Assembly (NCBI GenBank): GCA_038882975.1
Contig: JAVZNE010000002.1
Location: 32,001-96,000, forward strand
Source: Candidatus Bathyarchaeia archaeon
GTDB lineage: Archaea; Thermoproteota; Bathyarchaeia; Bathyarchaeales; Bathycorpusculaceae
Direction: 5' to 3'
Length of the DNA: 64,000 nt
Part shown: positions 36,770 to 46,726 of the stretch, piece after piece
How positions within the stretch are numbered: position 1 is the first letter of the stretch
Layout: every line of letters begins with the position of its first letter
Made by a program: the position numbers and the translations under genes
The notes under the pieces: model-generated
What the model saw: the letters and a program-made list of their open reading frames with translations, nothing else
Told to the model about the DNA's origin: nothing
Databases searched by the model: none

Positions 36770-37578
36770 TGAAAGAAAATGTAGAGCTTAAAACTTCTAT
36801 TGTAAAATTCTACGAGGAAAACCTAAGAAAGCGCATTAAAAGTTTTGTGCCACTATGTTATCATCCGGGAGGAATAGAAACAACCGAAGAAATATTAAAG
36901 GAGGCAAAGATAGGCAAAGACTCCCATGTTTTGGATGTTGCGTCTGGAATAGGTGACACTGCAATTTACTTAGCGGCAAATGTAGGATCAAGGGTTACTG
37001 GCATAGACTTGTCACAGGAAATGGTTGCATATGCAAATACTCTAGTGAAAGAGGTTGAACTTGATCCTCATATTACCTTTTTAATGGCAGACGCTGAAAA
37101 CCTCCCTTTTAAAGACAATGTGTTTGACGTTGCAATAAGTGAATGCTCTTTATGTTTAGTTCCAAATACGCGAAAGGCGTTATGCGAAATGAAAAGGGTT
37201 ATTAAACCGGAGGCTAAGGTTGTTGTGTCAGATGTTGTGTTGAAAGAAAAACTTTCTCCAAACCTAAACAATTTTTTGTCGTATGCTAGCTGCATCGCAG
37301 GCGCCAAAACGTTAGGCGAATACATCAATGAATTCGAGAAAGCTGGTTTAACGAGGATTATAACGGCGGATCTCTCTTTTCAAGTTGTTAAGCAGATTTG
37401 CCAATATTTAGAAAACCAGAAAACAAGCTCCGAAGAAATAGTGAAAGTTGGAGAATCTCTAGTTACAAGTTTTCCAGAAAGATACGATATGAAGACTTTT
37501 CAAACAATTTCCTTTTATCTATGGCTTACCGGGAAAATAGGGTATTATATGATAAGTGGTGTTAAAACAAAACGGTAA
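36769..37578 (+). CDS. Class I SAM-dependent methyltransferase (ArsM/DVU_1556-like)
   Basis: HPGG, LDVASGIG, DAENLPF, SECSLCL, SCIAGA; ATG overlaps the hdrA stop. Confidence 0.85.
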   Translation: MKENVELKTSIVKFYEENLRKRIKSFVPLCYHPGGIETTEEILKEAKIGKDSHVLDVASGIGDTAIYLAANVGSRVTGIDLSQEMVAYANTLVKEVELDPHITFLMADAENLPFKDNVFDVAISECSLCLVPNTRKALCEMKRVIKPEAKVVVSDVVLKEKLSPNLNNFLSYASCIAGAKTLGEYINEFEKAGLTRIITADLSFQVVKQICQYLENQKTSSEEIVKVGESLVTSFPERYDMKTFQTISFYLWLTGKIGYYMISGVKTKR

Positions 37579-37588
37579 AGGTGAAGGC

Positions 37589-38116
37589 TTAAGGTAGGAT
37601 ATACAAGGCTGCCTTTTTCCCTTTTAAAAGTGAAATAAGTCTTCGCCCTTTCCTCTCTTTAGCTACTTTTTCAAGGTAGTCCACTGTTCCACATACTATA
37701 GCACCTGTTGGACAAACCTCTTCACACGCTCTAGGCATCCAGTCAGGACGGTCATTGCAAAACGTGCACTTTTGCATCTTAAGGTCAGGGCCATACTTTG
37801 GCGCTCCGAAGGGGCAGACCCAGCTGCAAAGTCTGCAGCCTATGCATTTCTCTTTATCAACCAAGACCAATCCGTCTTCTCGTTTATAAATAGCCTTAGC
37901 AGGGCATGCAGCTATACAGTAGGGCTCTTCACAGTGCATGCATGCGATGGAAACATTTGTCCTTTCAACGGAAGGAAAAACGCCACTTTCAATCTCCATC
38001 ACCGTTCGGTAAGAGGGGACTGTTATGCCGTTCCAAACACGGCAAGCTATTTCGCAAGCATGACATTTTATGCATCTTTCAATGTCAACGAAAAAGCCTT
38101 TACGCGTTGACATCAA
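37589..38116 (-). CDS. 4Fe-4S electron-transfer subunit (DmsB/PsrB-like)
   Basis: CIKCHACEIAC, CMHCEEPYCIAACP, CIGCRLCSWVCPF, KCTFC. Confidence 0.92.
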   Translation of the reverse strand: MMSTRKGFFVDIERCIKCHACEIACRVWNGITVPSYRTVMEIESGVFPSVERTNVSIACMHCEEPYCIAACPAKAIYKREDGLVLVDKEKCIGCRLCSWVCPFGAPKYGPDLKMQKCTFCNDRPDWMPRACEEVCPTGAIVCGTVDYLEKVAKERKGRRLISLLKGKKAALYILP

Positions 38117-40212
38117 GCCTTCCTCACTCTAACTTTACATTCGTTATAGGCTACTGCACCACTAATTGGGTCTACATATGTACCTATAAGCTTATTGATA
38201 CTTGCACCTCTTCCTTTTGCGATTTTCCCCACACTCCAATGGCCAAAACCGAAACCATGCACCACTGCCACAACGCCGGGGAGAATGCCCTCTGTCACTT
38301 TAGCCTTAACAGTTATGCTGTCTAAAGGGGATTCTATAACTATGTAATCTCCATTTTTTACTCCATACTTCTCAGCATCTCTTGGATTTATTTCCGCCCA
38401 ATTTTCATTCTCAATATCCATCAACATTGGGATATTCTGTGTTACAAGATTCGCTTGAAAAGGCATTCTTGCACTTATCAACCTAAAAGGATATTTCTCG
38501 TCGGGAGCCACAGCAGATTCTTTATATTCAGGCAGCGGGTTATGACCCATAACCTCCATTAACGTAGAGTATATTTCAACTTTGCCTGAGGGAGTTTTCA
38601 GCCCATTTTCATATTTCCTATACCTTGGTTGACCAATCCAAAACCCTTTCTGTTTAAGCTCCTCCAACGTAAACGGCAAGCCCTCTATAATATTTTTCAT
38701 CCACTCCTCCTCCGATTTCCAGTTGAAATATTTTCCATAACCCATCTTCTCAGCTATCCCTCTAACTATTTCGTAGATGGGTTTCGCCTCCCCTGGTGGT
38801 GGCACAGCAGGCTCGGAGTATAAAACCATAGGTGCATGGTTGAATCCTTGAAGTATGTCGTACCTCTCGAAATAGCAAGCGTCAGGAAGAACTATGTCAC
38901 AATACATGGCCGTCTCACTAAGGTAAATATCCACGGCGACGGAAAATTCAAGAGCTTTAAACGCTTCAATCCAAAGCTTTGTGTTGGCATCACTCATAAT
39001 GGGGTTAATTTGTGAAAGGATTAACGCCTTGACGGGGTAGGGTTTTCCCTCAAGTATTACTTGTGGCAAAAGCGCCGAGGGAAAGTCAGGGGCGATAGAA
39101 AAACCCAATGCCTCCCGCAGAGAAGGCTTCTCTATCTTTGCCCTTTCCTCTTCAGGAACTTTAATTGGCGGATTAAGCTGCGGGTCAAGCCCTTGCGGGC
39201 TGCCCGTGAGCAGTAAAGAACCAGGCTTATCAACGTTTCCGGTTAAAGCATTCAACAGAAGAACAGCCCGCATCGAGTCAAAACCATTTGTGTAGCATGT
39301 AAACACATGGTATGAGCTGGAAACAGCTGGTTTTGCCGTGGCAAATTCTCTAGCTATCCTTCTTATGGTGGCGGCTGGTACTCCGGTTATGCTTTCAGCC
39401 CACTCAGGTGTGTAACCCTTCTCGTTAAGGTGTTCTCTAAACTCGCTGAAGCCGTAACAGTAGTTTTCTACAAATTCTTTATCATAGAGGTTCTCGTCAA
39501 TTATTGTTTTGGCCATCGCCAACGCCATAGCCCCATCTGTGCCCGGTCTTATCGGAACCCATTCATCTGCTTTCTCAGCTGTTTTTGAAAGGCGTGGGTT
39601 AACCACGACAAGTTTTGCTCCTCTATCTTTAGCCTCCATTAAACCTTGCAGAAATCCTACAATCCTTGGAGCTTCGAGAGGCTCTTTACCCCATAACAAG
39701 ACGTACTTCGCATTCTCGTAATCTTCTATTGCCCAAAAAGTTCCAAAAAGGGATATGCAAGCGGTATCAAATGTAGCATCACAAGCGGCCGTGTGATCAT
39801 AAACGTTGGGAGAACCGTAAAGAAGGTACAGAAAGCTCCTGTAGAAGGTGACGCATCCCTGTCCATGATCTATTGAAACAACGGATTCGGGGCCATATTT
39901 TTCCCTTATTTCTTTAAGTTTTTCAGCTATTATGGTGAAAGCTTCATCCCATGTTATTCTTTTAAATTTTCCTTCGCCTCTCTCTCCAACCCTCATAAGG
40001 GGATATTTCAACCTATCTGGGTCGTAGGCGAACCAAATGCTAGCTAAGCCTTTTACGCACCTTTTGCCCTTTGTATTGGGGTTATCTGGATTACCCCTAG
40101 TGTATATTACTTTTCCATCTTTTACATAAACCTCTATAGAGCATCGAAAGGGGCAAACATGGCAAAACGACCTAAACATCTTTGAACCTTTCAGTTTCTC
40201 CGCGGCTTCCAT
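38113..40212 (-). CDS. bis-MGD oxidoreductase, PsrA/PhsA-like, without TAT signal
   Basis: CHVCPFRC...C, DPDRLKYPL, DHTAAC Cys-ligand region, IRPGTDGA, KTPSGKVE. Confidence 0.87.
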   Translation of the reverse strand: MEAAEKLKGSKMFRSFCHVCPFRCSIEVYVKDGKVIYTRGNPDNPNTKGKRCVKGLASIWFAYDPDRLKYPLMRVGERGEGKFKRITWDEAFTIIAEKLKEIREKYGPESVVSIDHGQGCVTFYRSFLYLLYGSPNVYDHTAACDATFDTACISLFGTFWAIEDYENAKYVLLWGKEPLEAPRIVGFLQGLMEAKDRGAKLVVVNPRLSKTAEKADEWVPIRPGTDGAMALAMAKTIIDENLYDKEFVENYCYGFSEFREHLNEKGYTPEWAESITGVPAATIRRIAREFATAKPAVSSSYHVFTCYTNGFDSMRAVLLLNALTGNVDKPGSLLLTGSPQGLDPQLNPPIKVPEEERAKIEKPSLREALGFSIAPDFPSALLPQVILEGKPYPVKALILSQINPIMSDANTKLWIEAFKALEFSVAVDIYLSETAMYCDIVLPDACYFERYDILQGFNHAPMVLYSEPAVPPPGEAKPIYEIVRGIAEKMGYGKYFNWKSEEEWMKNIIEGLPFTLEELKQKGFWIGQPRYRKYENGLKTPSGKVEIYSTLMEVMGHNPLPEYKESAVAPDEKYPFRLISARMPFQANLVTQNIPMLMDIENENWAEINPRDAEKYGVKNGDYIVIESPLDSITVKAKVTEGILPGVVAVVHGFGFGHWSVGKIAKGRGASINKLIGTYVDPISGAVAYNECKVRVRKA

Positions 40213-40317
40213 GCATATCGCCTTGGAAATCCAGTACGTTAAAGTTACGTTAAAGGTGGGGAATATTTATTAGTTGCTGAATTCAAATAAGAGTTTACAA
40301 GTTGAAAGTGATTTTAA

Positions 40318-40794
40318 ATGGCTTTACATGGCGGTTCAGAAGATCTAACAAAGAAAATTGTTGAGATGAGCGGGCAAAACATTTTTTCATGTAATTTATG
40401 CGGCAAATGTACGGCTGGTTGTCCAATAGCAGATGTCATGGATATAAAGCCTCATCAAGTTGTAAGGTTGGCCCAAATACAAGCTGAAATTTTGTTGACG
40501 TCTAGGGCAATATGGCTTTGTGCATGTTGCCTTGCATGTGTGTCCCGGTGTCCAAAGCAGATAGATATCCCCAAATTGATGGAATCCTTCAGAAATTTGG
40601 TTTTGTCTGGTGGGATAGACTTCCTTGAATATGCTCCCGATTTGTCAACGCAGCTTCCAGTGCAAGCAATGGTTGCTGCACGGAGCAGATATACCTCAGT
40701 GAATTTGCCATCCGTGCGTCCAAGCATGAGGTTAGAGAAATATTTTACTCGTGAAAGGATACTAGCTCTGGTTAAGGGTGAAACCTCCAAATGA
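40318..40794 (+). CDS. hdrC: Heterodisulfide reductase subunit C
   Basis: CNLCGKCTAGCP, IWLCACCLACVSRCP. Confidence 0.88.
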   Translation: MALHGGSEDLTKKIVEMSGQNIFSCNLCGKCTAGCPIADVMDIKPHQVVRLAQIQAEILLTSRAIWLCACCLACVSRCPKQIDIPKLMESFRNLVLSGGIDFLEYAPDLSTQLPVQAMVAARSRYTSVNLPSVRPSMRLEKYFTRERILALVKGETSK

Positions 40795-41648
40795 AAGTTC
40801 CCTATTACCCAGGATGCCTACCCTATTCACGAACCATCGGACTAAATCTGCCTATAAAGGCGATTGCAAACGCCCTTAAAATTGAACTTATAGAAATTCC
40901 GGGGATTTGTTGCGGAGCGTTTTTCACAACAAACCCAGCAGATATGTATGGTCCGGTCCGCACTCTCATGGATGCGGGGAAAATTGGAAACGAGTTAATG
41001 ACCACATGCGCACTCTGTTATAACGTACTTAAGCAAGCAAACTCCACCATCAAAAGGGAACCAAAGAAACGCGAACAAATCAACGCTTTTCTAGGCGAGG
41101 AATATAACGGCGAAGTTAATGTACTTCATTTTCTAGAGTTTCTACGAGATAAAATCGGCTTTAACAAGTTAAATGGATATGTCAAAGTAAGCCTACAAGG
41201 CTTAAAAGTGGCTCCGTATTACGGCTGCCTGCTCTTACGGCCCTATGAGGAAATCAAACTTGACAACCCTGAGCATCCCACAATTTTTGAGGATTTTCTA
41301 ATAAACATAGACTGCGAACCCGTAGACTTCCCATACAAAACTGAATGCTGCGGGTCTTATTTAGCTGCCATCTCTTTTGACGCTGTCATAGAACACTCCT
41401 ATTCAATAATCAAATCAGCCTTACAAAGTGGAGCGGAAGCAATAGCTGTAGTTTGCCCGCTTTGCCACTTCAATCTTGACCAAATGCAAGAAAAGGTCAA
41501 GTTAAAATATAAAGATTTAAGCGAGATGCCCATATTCTATTTCACTCAGTTATTGGCAATAGCGTTAGGAATAAGGGATTCTTTGGGTTTTGAGCAACAT
41601 TTTGTTAATCCCTACCCTTTGCTGGACAAGAAATTAGGTAAAATCTGA
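40791..41648 (+). CDS. hdrB: Heterodisulfide reductase subunit B
   Basis: YYPGC, CCGA, CALCY, PYYGCLLLRP, ECCGS, CPLCHFNLD. Confidence 0.92.
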   Translation: MKVPYYPGCLPYSRTIGLNLPIKAIANALKIELIEIPGICCGAFFTTNPADMYGPVRTLMDAGKIGNELMTTCALCYNVLKQANSTIKREPKKREQINAFLGEEYNGEVNVLHFLEFLRDKIGFNKLNGYVKVSLQGLKVAPYYGCLLLRPYEEIKLDNPEHPTIFEDFLINIDCEPVDFPYKTECCGSYLAAISFDAVIEHSYSIIKSALQSGAEAIAVVCPLCHFNLDQMQEKVKLKYKDLSEMPIFYFTQLLAIALGIRDSLGFEQHFVNPYPLLDKKLGKI

Positions 41649-42109
41649 TGGAAAGGTCGAGAATGCTTAACCTAAGAGCCCACCACATACTATGTTTAAT
41701 AATACCAGATTCCAACGAATTCTGCACAACAGCCAGAAAAAAGTTTATGGAGAAAGGATACACCGACAATTACATTAACGCATACATGAAGGTATTTAAT
41801 ATTGTCCGCAGGAAAAAGGATGCAGAGATAAAAATCTTAGACAACCCAAAAAATGACGACACCTGTGTACGCTGCGGTAATTACGCCGACGGTACATGTA
41901 TTTCACCCCACGCAACAACCTTTGCAAAGTGGGACAAAGAAATCCTAACCATTTTTGAGTTAAAGGTTAACGATGTTTTAAAGGTGCGAGACTTAATCAA
42001 GCTTGTCAAGAGAAGAGTTGACCCAAATAACATGCCGGGAGTCTGCCGAGGCTGCCTATTTAATTTGGACAGCAAATGCCGCGAAAGGCTTGTCTCCGCG
42101 AACCTTTAA
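41648..42109 (+). CDS. DUF1284-like Cys/His-rich (putative Fe-S) protein
   Basis: LRAHHILC, DDTCVRC, CRGC...C. Confidence 0.75.
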   Translation: MERSRMLNLRAHHILCLIIPDSNEFCTTARKKFMEKGYTDNYINAYMKVFNIVRRKKDAEIKILDNPKNDDTCVRCGNYADGTCISPHATTFAKWDKEILTIFELKVNDVLKVRDLIKLVKRRVDPNNMPGVCRGCLFNLDSKCRERLVSANL

Positions 42110-42185
42110 CAACAACCAGCAGTCCTTTAGTCTCCGGCTTTAAACGCACAAATCTTATAGAAGAAAAGGAAACTCTATATCAGCC

Positions 42186-43235
42186 GTGTTTAACATGAAA
42201 AATGAAGTTGAAAATGTTATGGAAGAACTGCCAAACTCCATGGAAACAGGTAGACACTTTTATTATCTGAAGTTGCTGGAGCTTTGGGATGGATCAACCC
42301 TTCACTTGCCAATAATAGTAGTTTCAGGGAGGAAGACATGTCCCACTTTGTGTATTGTTGCATCCGTTATGGGTGACGAATTTCCAGGAACAGTTGTGGC
42401 TAGAAAGGTTGCGCTGGAATTAGATCCCGGAAAATTAAGAGGAACAATTATATCCGTTCCGATAGCGAACCCACCGTCATTCGGCTTTGGATCACATCCA
42501 CCCCTACACGTAAGCCCCCTAGACCACATGAACATGAATAGAATTTTTCCGGGTCGCCAAGACGGATATCCAAGCGAAAGAATCGCTTACGCAATTTTTG
42601 AGAAAGTTGTACGGAAAATGAAGGCAAACTATGTTGTCTCTTTTCATGGAGGGGGACCCTACTGTGAAGTTTACCCAGCCACCTACTTCACGGAAACAAA
42701 AGTTACAGAAGCCTCAATAGAGCTGGCCCTAGCCTTCGGAGTTGAACTGAACACAAAAATTTCGGAGGAGCTTCTTCCAACAGAGGAGCCTGAACGAGTT
42801 ACCGGCACATTGGATGCATGCTGCGGAAGACACGCCATACCAGCTATAATCGCAGACATCGGCGGATGGGGCATACTCTCAAATTACGGCTACTCATGGG
42901 TGGAAATAGGGTCTCGTGGAATTCTGAACATAATGAGATACTACAAAATGATTCCCGGAAAAGCTAAATTCCACCCGAAAGCTAAAGTTTTCGAAGGAAG
43001 AGTTTGGGTAAGACCGAACACAGGTGGATTTTTCGAAGCTAAAGTAAAACTAGGCCAAGGAGTTTCTAAAGGAAAAACTCTCGGCATAGTAACTGACGTT
43101 TTCGGGAAGAAAAAAGAAGAATTAATAGCCCCAAAAGATGGGGTCGTGCAACTCATAAGAACATACCCTGTTATAGGTTCAGGAGAAGAAGCATTCCTCA
43201 TCCATTACGGCGGCAAACCTATAAAACCACAATAG
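42186..43235 (+). CDS. Succinylglutamate desuccinylase/aspartoacylase (M14-like) family protein with altered metal motif
   Basis: GDEFPG, VPIANP, NMNRIFPG..DG, FHGG, C-terminal biotinyl-like domain. Confidence 0.83.
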   Translation: MFNMKNEVENVMEELPNSMETGRHFYYLKLLELWDGSTLHLPIIVVSGRKTCPTLCIVASVMGDEFPGTVVARKVALELDPGKLRGTIISVPIANPPSFGFGSHPPLHVSPLDHMNMNRIFPGRQDGYPSERIAYAIFEKVVRKMKANYVVSFHGGGPYCEVYPATYFTETKVTEASIELALAFGVELNTKISEELLPTEEPERVTGTLDACCGRHAIPAIIADIGGWGILSNYGYSWVEIGSRGILNIMRYYKMIPGKAKFHPKAKVFEGRVWVRPNTGGFFEAKVKLGQGVSKGKTLGIVTDVFGKKKEELIAPKDGVVQLIRTYPVIGSGEEAFLIHYGGKPIKPQ

Positions 43236-43249
43236 GAACTGATGCAACC

Positions 43250-43945
43250 ATGGTGAATTCAAAAGAAGAGACCTTTGAAAACAGCCTTTTATGCGACACC
43301 CTAAAGAACTGCGGTAAAGTGTACTTTTTACTAGGAAAGATTTATGAAAAGGAAGTGACCGCTAACCTTCTTAAATCTCTTAGCGAAAGCATAACATTTT
43401 TTAGAAGCAAAAAGTTAAGCGACGAGGAATTAGAAAAAGGAATTGAACTGTTGGACGAGTATTTAAGTAAGCAAAGAAGCCGTGGCTTCGAGTGTGCAGA
43501 AGCAGAGTTGGCAGTTGATTATGCCAACCTTTTTCTAGGAGTTAAGGGCTTGCCTCATCCTTCAGAGTCAGCCTACAAGTGCGGTTTTATAATGGCAAGT
43601 CCTTGCGAGGAAGTACTTCGAACATATCAAAAGGCAAATCTTAACCTTAAAGAGGATTATAAAGAGCCAGCAGACCACATTGCCGTAGAACTATACTTCA
43701 TGGCAAACCTGTGCTGGAAAACCGCAGAAAATTTAGCCAAAAATAAGAAACACGAAGCCAAAAAGTGTTTACAAATAATGAAAGACTTTCTAAACAATCA
43801 TCTACTATCATGGATCCCGTCGTTCACTACGAACATTTCGAATTTAGCTATAACGGATTTTTATAGAGGTCTAGCAATAATCACTAAAAGGTTTGCCGAG
43901 CTTAACAAAGCCTTAACGGAACAAGCGCTTAAACTTTTAGCCTAA
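43250..43945 (+). CDS. TorD/DmsD-family Mo-enzyme maturation chaperone
   Basis: DYANLFLG, PSESAY, EPADHIAVELYFMA, HLLSW, FY. Confidence 0.9.
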   Translation: MVNSKEETFENSLLCDTLKNCGKVYFLLGKIYEKEVTANLLKSLSESITFFRSKKLSDEELEKGIELLDEYLSKQRSRGFECAEAELAVDYANLFLGVKGLPHPSESAYKCGFIMASPCEEVLRTYQKANLNLKEDYKEPADHIAVELYFMANLCWKTAENLAKNKKHEAKKCLQIMKDFLNNHLLSWIPSFTTNISNLAITDFYRGLAIITKRFAELNKALTEQALKLLA

Positions 43946-44023
43946 AACGCTGTTTACGGAAGTTTTTAAATAATTGCTCTTTAGTAACTGTTATCCAAAA
44001 CAATTGTAGAGGGGTAGGAGTCA

Positions 44024-46720
44024 ATGGATATTAAAGAATTATCGGACATTGCGTCGTCTTTAAGTCTTGCCTTCGACGGGGCAGCTTTAACCCGGGAAAC
44101 GCCGCTGAAGGAAGAAACTGCGAAAGAAATAGACTCAGACGACGTGAAGGTTTGCTATGTAAGTCACGGTCTTGGAGGCATCTCAGGTTCAGCTGAACCT
44201 CTCGAAGTTCACGTTAAAAATGGTAGAATATTGAGAATAAAGCCCATCCACTTCCCTGAGGTGAGGCTTTACGAGATAAAGGCTCGGGGAAAGACTTTCA
44301 CTCAGCCTGCTAAAACCTTACCATACTGGGTTAGCCTAGCCTACAAGAAACGTGTTTATTCACCTAACAGAGTAAGGTACCCCTTGAAAAGGGTGGATTG
44401 GAGCCCCGAAAACAGGAATCCCCAAAACAGAGGTAAAAGCGGTTTTGTTAGAATAACGTGGGAGGAAGCCCTAGACATAATTGAGAAGGAACTTAAACGC
44501 ATAAAAGAAACTTATGGACTGTGGTCCGTTCTTGTACAAGATGACGGGCATGGACAAGGAGGAGCTGTCCAAACACCCCACGGCATCCACCATGAATTGT
44601 TCCGCCAGCTTGGGGGATGGACACAGCAAGTTAGAAACCCCGACAGCTGGGAAGGATACTACTGGGGCGCAAAACACGTGTGGGGAATGGAGGGACCCCA
44701 CGCAGGGCTTCCACATCAAGACGCTATATTTGATGATATTCTTGAAAATACTGAAGTGCTAATTTTCACGGGATGCGATCCTGAAGCCACCGTTGCCGGA
44801 TTTGCGGGGCAGATCGGCAGCATCATGTGCCGATGGTTCAAAGAAGCTGGCATTAAAATAATTGCAATATCTCCCGACTGCAACTTTGCAAATGCAATAC
44901 ACGCCAATAAATGGATTCCAATAAGGCCAAATACGGATGGCGCGTTATATTTGGCAATTGCATATCTGTGGATAAAGAATGGAACGTACGACCAGAATTT
45001 TGTCCAAACCCACTGCGTTGGCTTTGAGGAATTCCGTAAATACGTAACCGGAGAGGAGGATGGAGTACCGAAAACACCAGAGTGGGCTGAGAAAATAACA
45101 GGGATTCCTTCTAGGGTTATAAAGGCGTTGGCTAAAGTATGGGTTAAAAAGCGGACATCTCTTGCACTTTTCTTCGGCGGTCCAAAAATTAGAGGCCCCT
45201 ACTCTCATGAAACAGCTAGGTTAGAAGTAATATGTTTGGCAATGCAGGGATTGGGAAAACCCGGGAGACAATTACTTAGAGGGTTCTACCCGGCCGCTAC
45301 TGGCAAAAGGATAGCGCCGATCCCTCAGTATCCAGAGACTACGAGAAGTTTTGTTAGCAGTCCCATGGCCAGATACACTGTTACAGCCGTTTCCCCAGTG
45401 ATTGTGCCAAAGGTGCTGGTAGCCGACGCAATTTTGAACCCCCCGATAACATGGTATGGTACAGGGGCGATAAGCGCAACAAGGGAAGATCAATTTAAAA
45501 AGTATACGTTTCCACCTGAGGGCCACCCGGGTATACGTATGATTTGGAACGCCAACGGCTGCTATATCACTTGCTGGAACAGTAAGATAATAGACGCATA
45601 TAGAAGCCCCCAGATAGAGTTCATAGTGGCTGTTACTCCTTGGCTTGAAAACGAGGCCATGTTTGCTGATATAATACTTCCAGCACAGACGATTTTTGAA
45701 CATGAAGATCTAATAATAACCAGTAGATCTGCGGTGAGCGCAACCACGTATCAGGAAAAATGTATTGAACCCATAGGTGAATCAAAAAGCGATTATGAAA
45801 TATGCCGTTTAATAGCCCAAAGGATGGGTGTTGGAAATGCTTTTCCACCACAAGAGGAGCTCATGAAAAGCTTATACGAAGCATCTTACGCTGCGACAAA
45901 ATATGGAGTAAGCTGGGAAGAATTCAAGAAAAGGAAAATATTCATCCCGGACCACCCAACATGGGAGGAATGGAAACAAATCCAAAATAATATAGCTACA
46001 ACCTATGGCCTAACATGGGGCGCCAAGCCAGGACTAACATGGTTCTATGAATTGCCGGAAGGAAAAGGTCTTGAAACCCCCACGGGCAAGCTAGAGATAG
46101 TTTCTAGCGGATTAGCCGAGCACTTTCCGGATGATGAGGAAAGGCCTCCTCTCCCCCGGTACATACCCTATGGGGAGACGCATCAAGAAAGTCTACTCCA
46201 CCCGAGAGCCAAAAAATACCCATTACTTTTGGAGTCAAACCATCCGAAATGGAGATTTCACGCACAAGGAGACGACATAACATGGTTGAGGGAAATACCC
46301 ACATGCAAAGTAAGGGGGCCGGATGGTTACCTATACGAGCCCGTTTGGATTCATCCCATCGACGCAGCCAAAAGAGGCATAAAAACAGGGGATATAGTGA
46401 AAGTTTACAATGAACTAGGAACGGTGCTCTGCGGAGCCTACGTAACGGAACGAATAATGCCTGGAAGCGTCCTTGCGCATCACGGGGCAAGGGCTGACTT
46501 GGTATCCATAAGCCCGCTCATAGATAGAGGTGGAGCAATCGACCTAATTGTTCCGCCCAAACCAATGTCTAAAAACGCTGTGGGTCAAGTTTGCAGCGGC
46601 ATCCTTGTTGAAGTTGAAAAAGTGGATATTACTGAGCTCATGAAAAAATATCCGGAGGCTTTTAAGCGTCCACAACATCCGGATGTTGGTCCATTCTATG
46701 AAACCTGGGTTATGGGGTGA
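44024..46720 (+). CDS. AthL-paralogous Ser-ligated Mo enzyme (pyrogallol hydroxytransferase / resorcinol hydroxylase family)
   Basis: IKARGKTF, RNPQNRGKSGF, DDGHG, VRNPDSWEGYYWGAKHVWG, MQGLGKPG, DRGG. Confidence 0.87.
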   Translation: MDIKELSDIASSLSLAFDGAALTRETPLKEETAKEIDSDDVKVCYVSHGLGGISGSAEPLEVHVKNGRILRIKPIHFPEVRLYEIKARGKTFTQPAKTLPYWVSLAYKKRVYSPNRVRYPLKRVDWSPENRNPQNRGKSGFVRITWEEALDIIEKELKRIKETYGLWSVLVQDDGHGQGGAVQTPHGIHHELFRQLGGWTQQVRNPDSWEGYYWGAKHVWGMEGPHAGLPHQDAIFDDILENTEVLIFTGCDPEATVAGFAGQIGSIMCRWFKEAGIKIIAISPDCNFANAIHANKWIPIRPNTDGALYLAIAYLWIKNGTYDQNFVQTHCVGFEEFRKYVTGEEDGVPKTPEWAEKITGIPSRVIKALAKVWVKKRTSLALFFGGPKIRGPYSHETARLEVICLAMQGLGKPGRQLLRGFYPAATGKRIAPIPQYPETTRSFVSSPMARYTVTAVSPVIVPKVLVADAILNPPITWYGTGAISATREDQFKKYTFPPEGHPGIRMIWNANGCYITCWNSKIIDAYRSPQIEFIVAVTPWLENEAMFADIILPAQTIFEHEDLIITSRSAVSATTYQEKCIEPIGESKSDYEICRLIAQRMGVGNAFPPQEELMKSLYEASYAATKYGVSWEEFKKRKIFIPDHPTWEEWKQIQNNIATTYGLTWGAKPGLTWFYELPEGKGLETPTGKLEIVSSGLAEHFPDDEERPPLPRYIPYGETHQESLLHPRAKKYPLLLESNHPKWRFHAQGDDITWLREIPTCKVRGPDGYLYEPVWIHPIDAAKRGIKTGDIVKVYNELGTVLCGAYVTERIMPGSVLAHHGARADLVSISPLIDRGGAIDLIVPPKPMSKNAVGQVCSGILVEVEKVDITELMKKYPEAFKRPQHPDVGPFYETWVMG

Positions 46721-46726
46721 ACATAT

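Noticed and set aside
34436-41648. hdrABC, FwdF-like and FmdE genes as evidence of methanogenesis
   Set aside because: No mcr, mtr or Fwd catalytic subunits are in the window, and these modules are widespread in non-methanogens.
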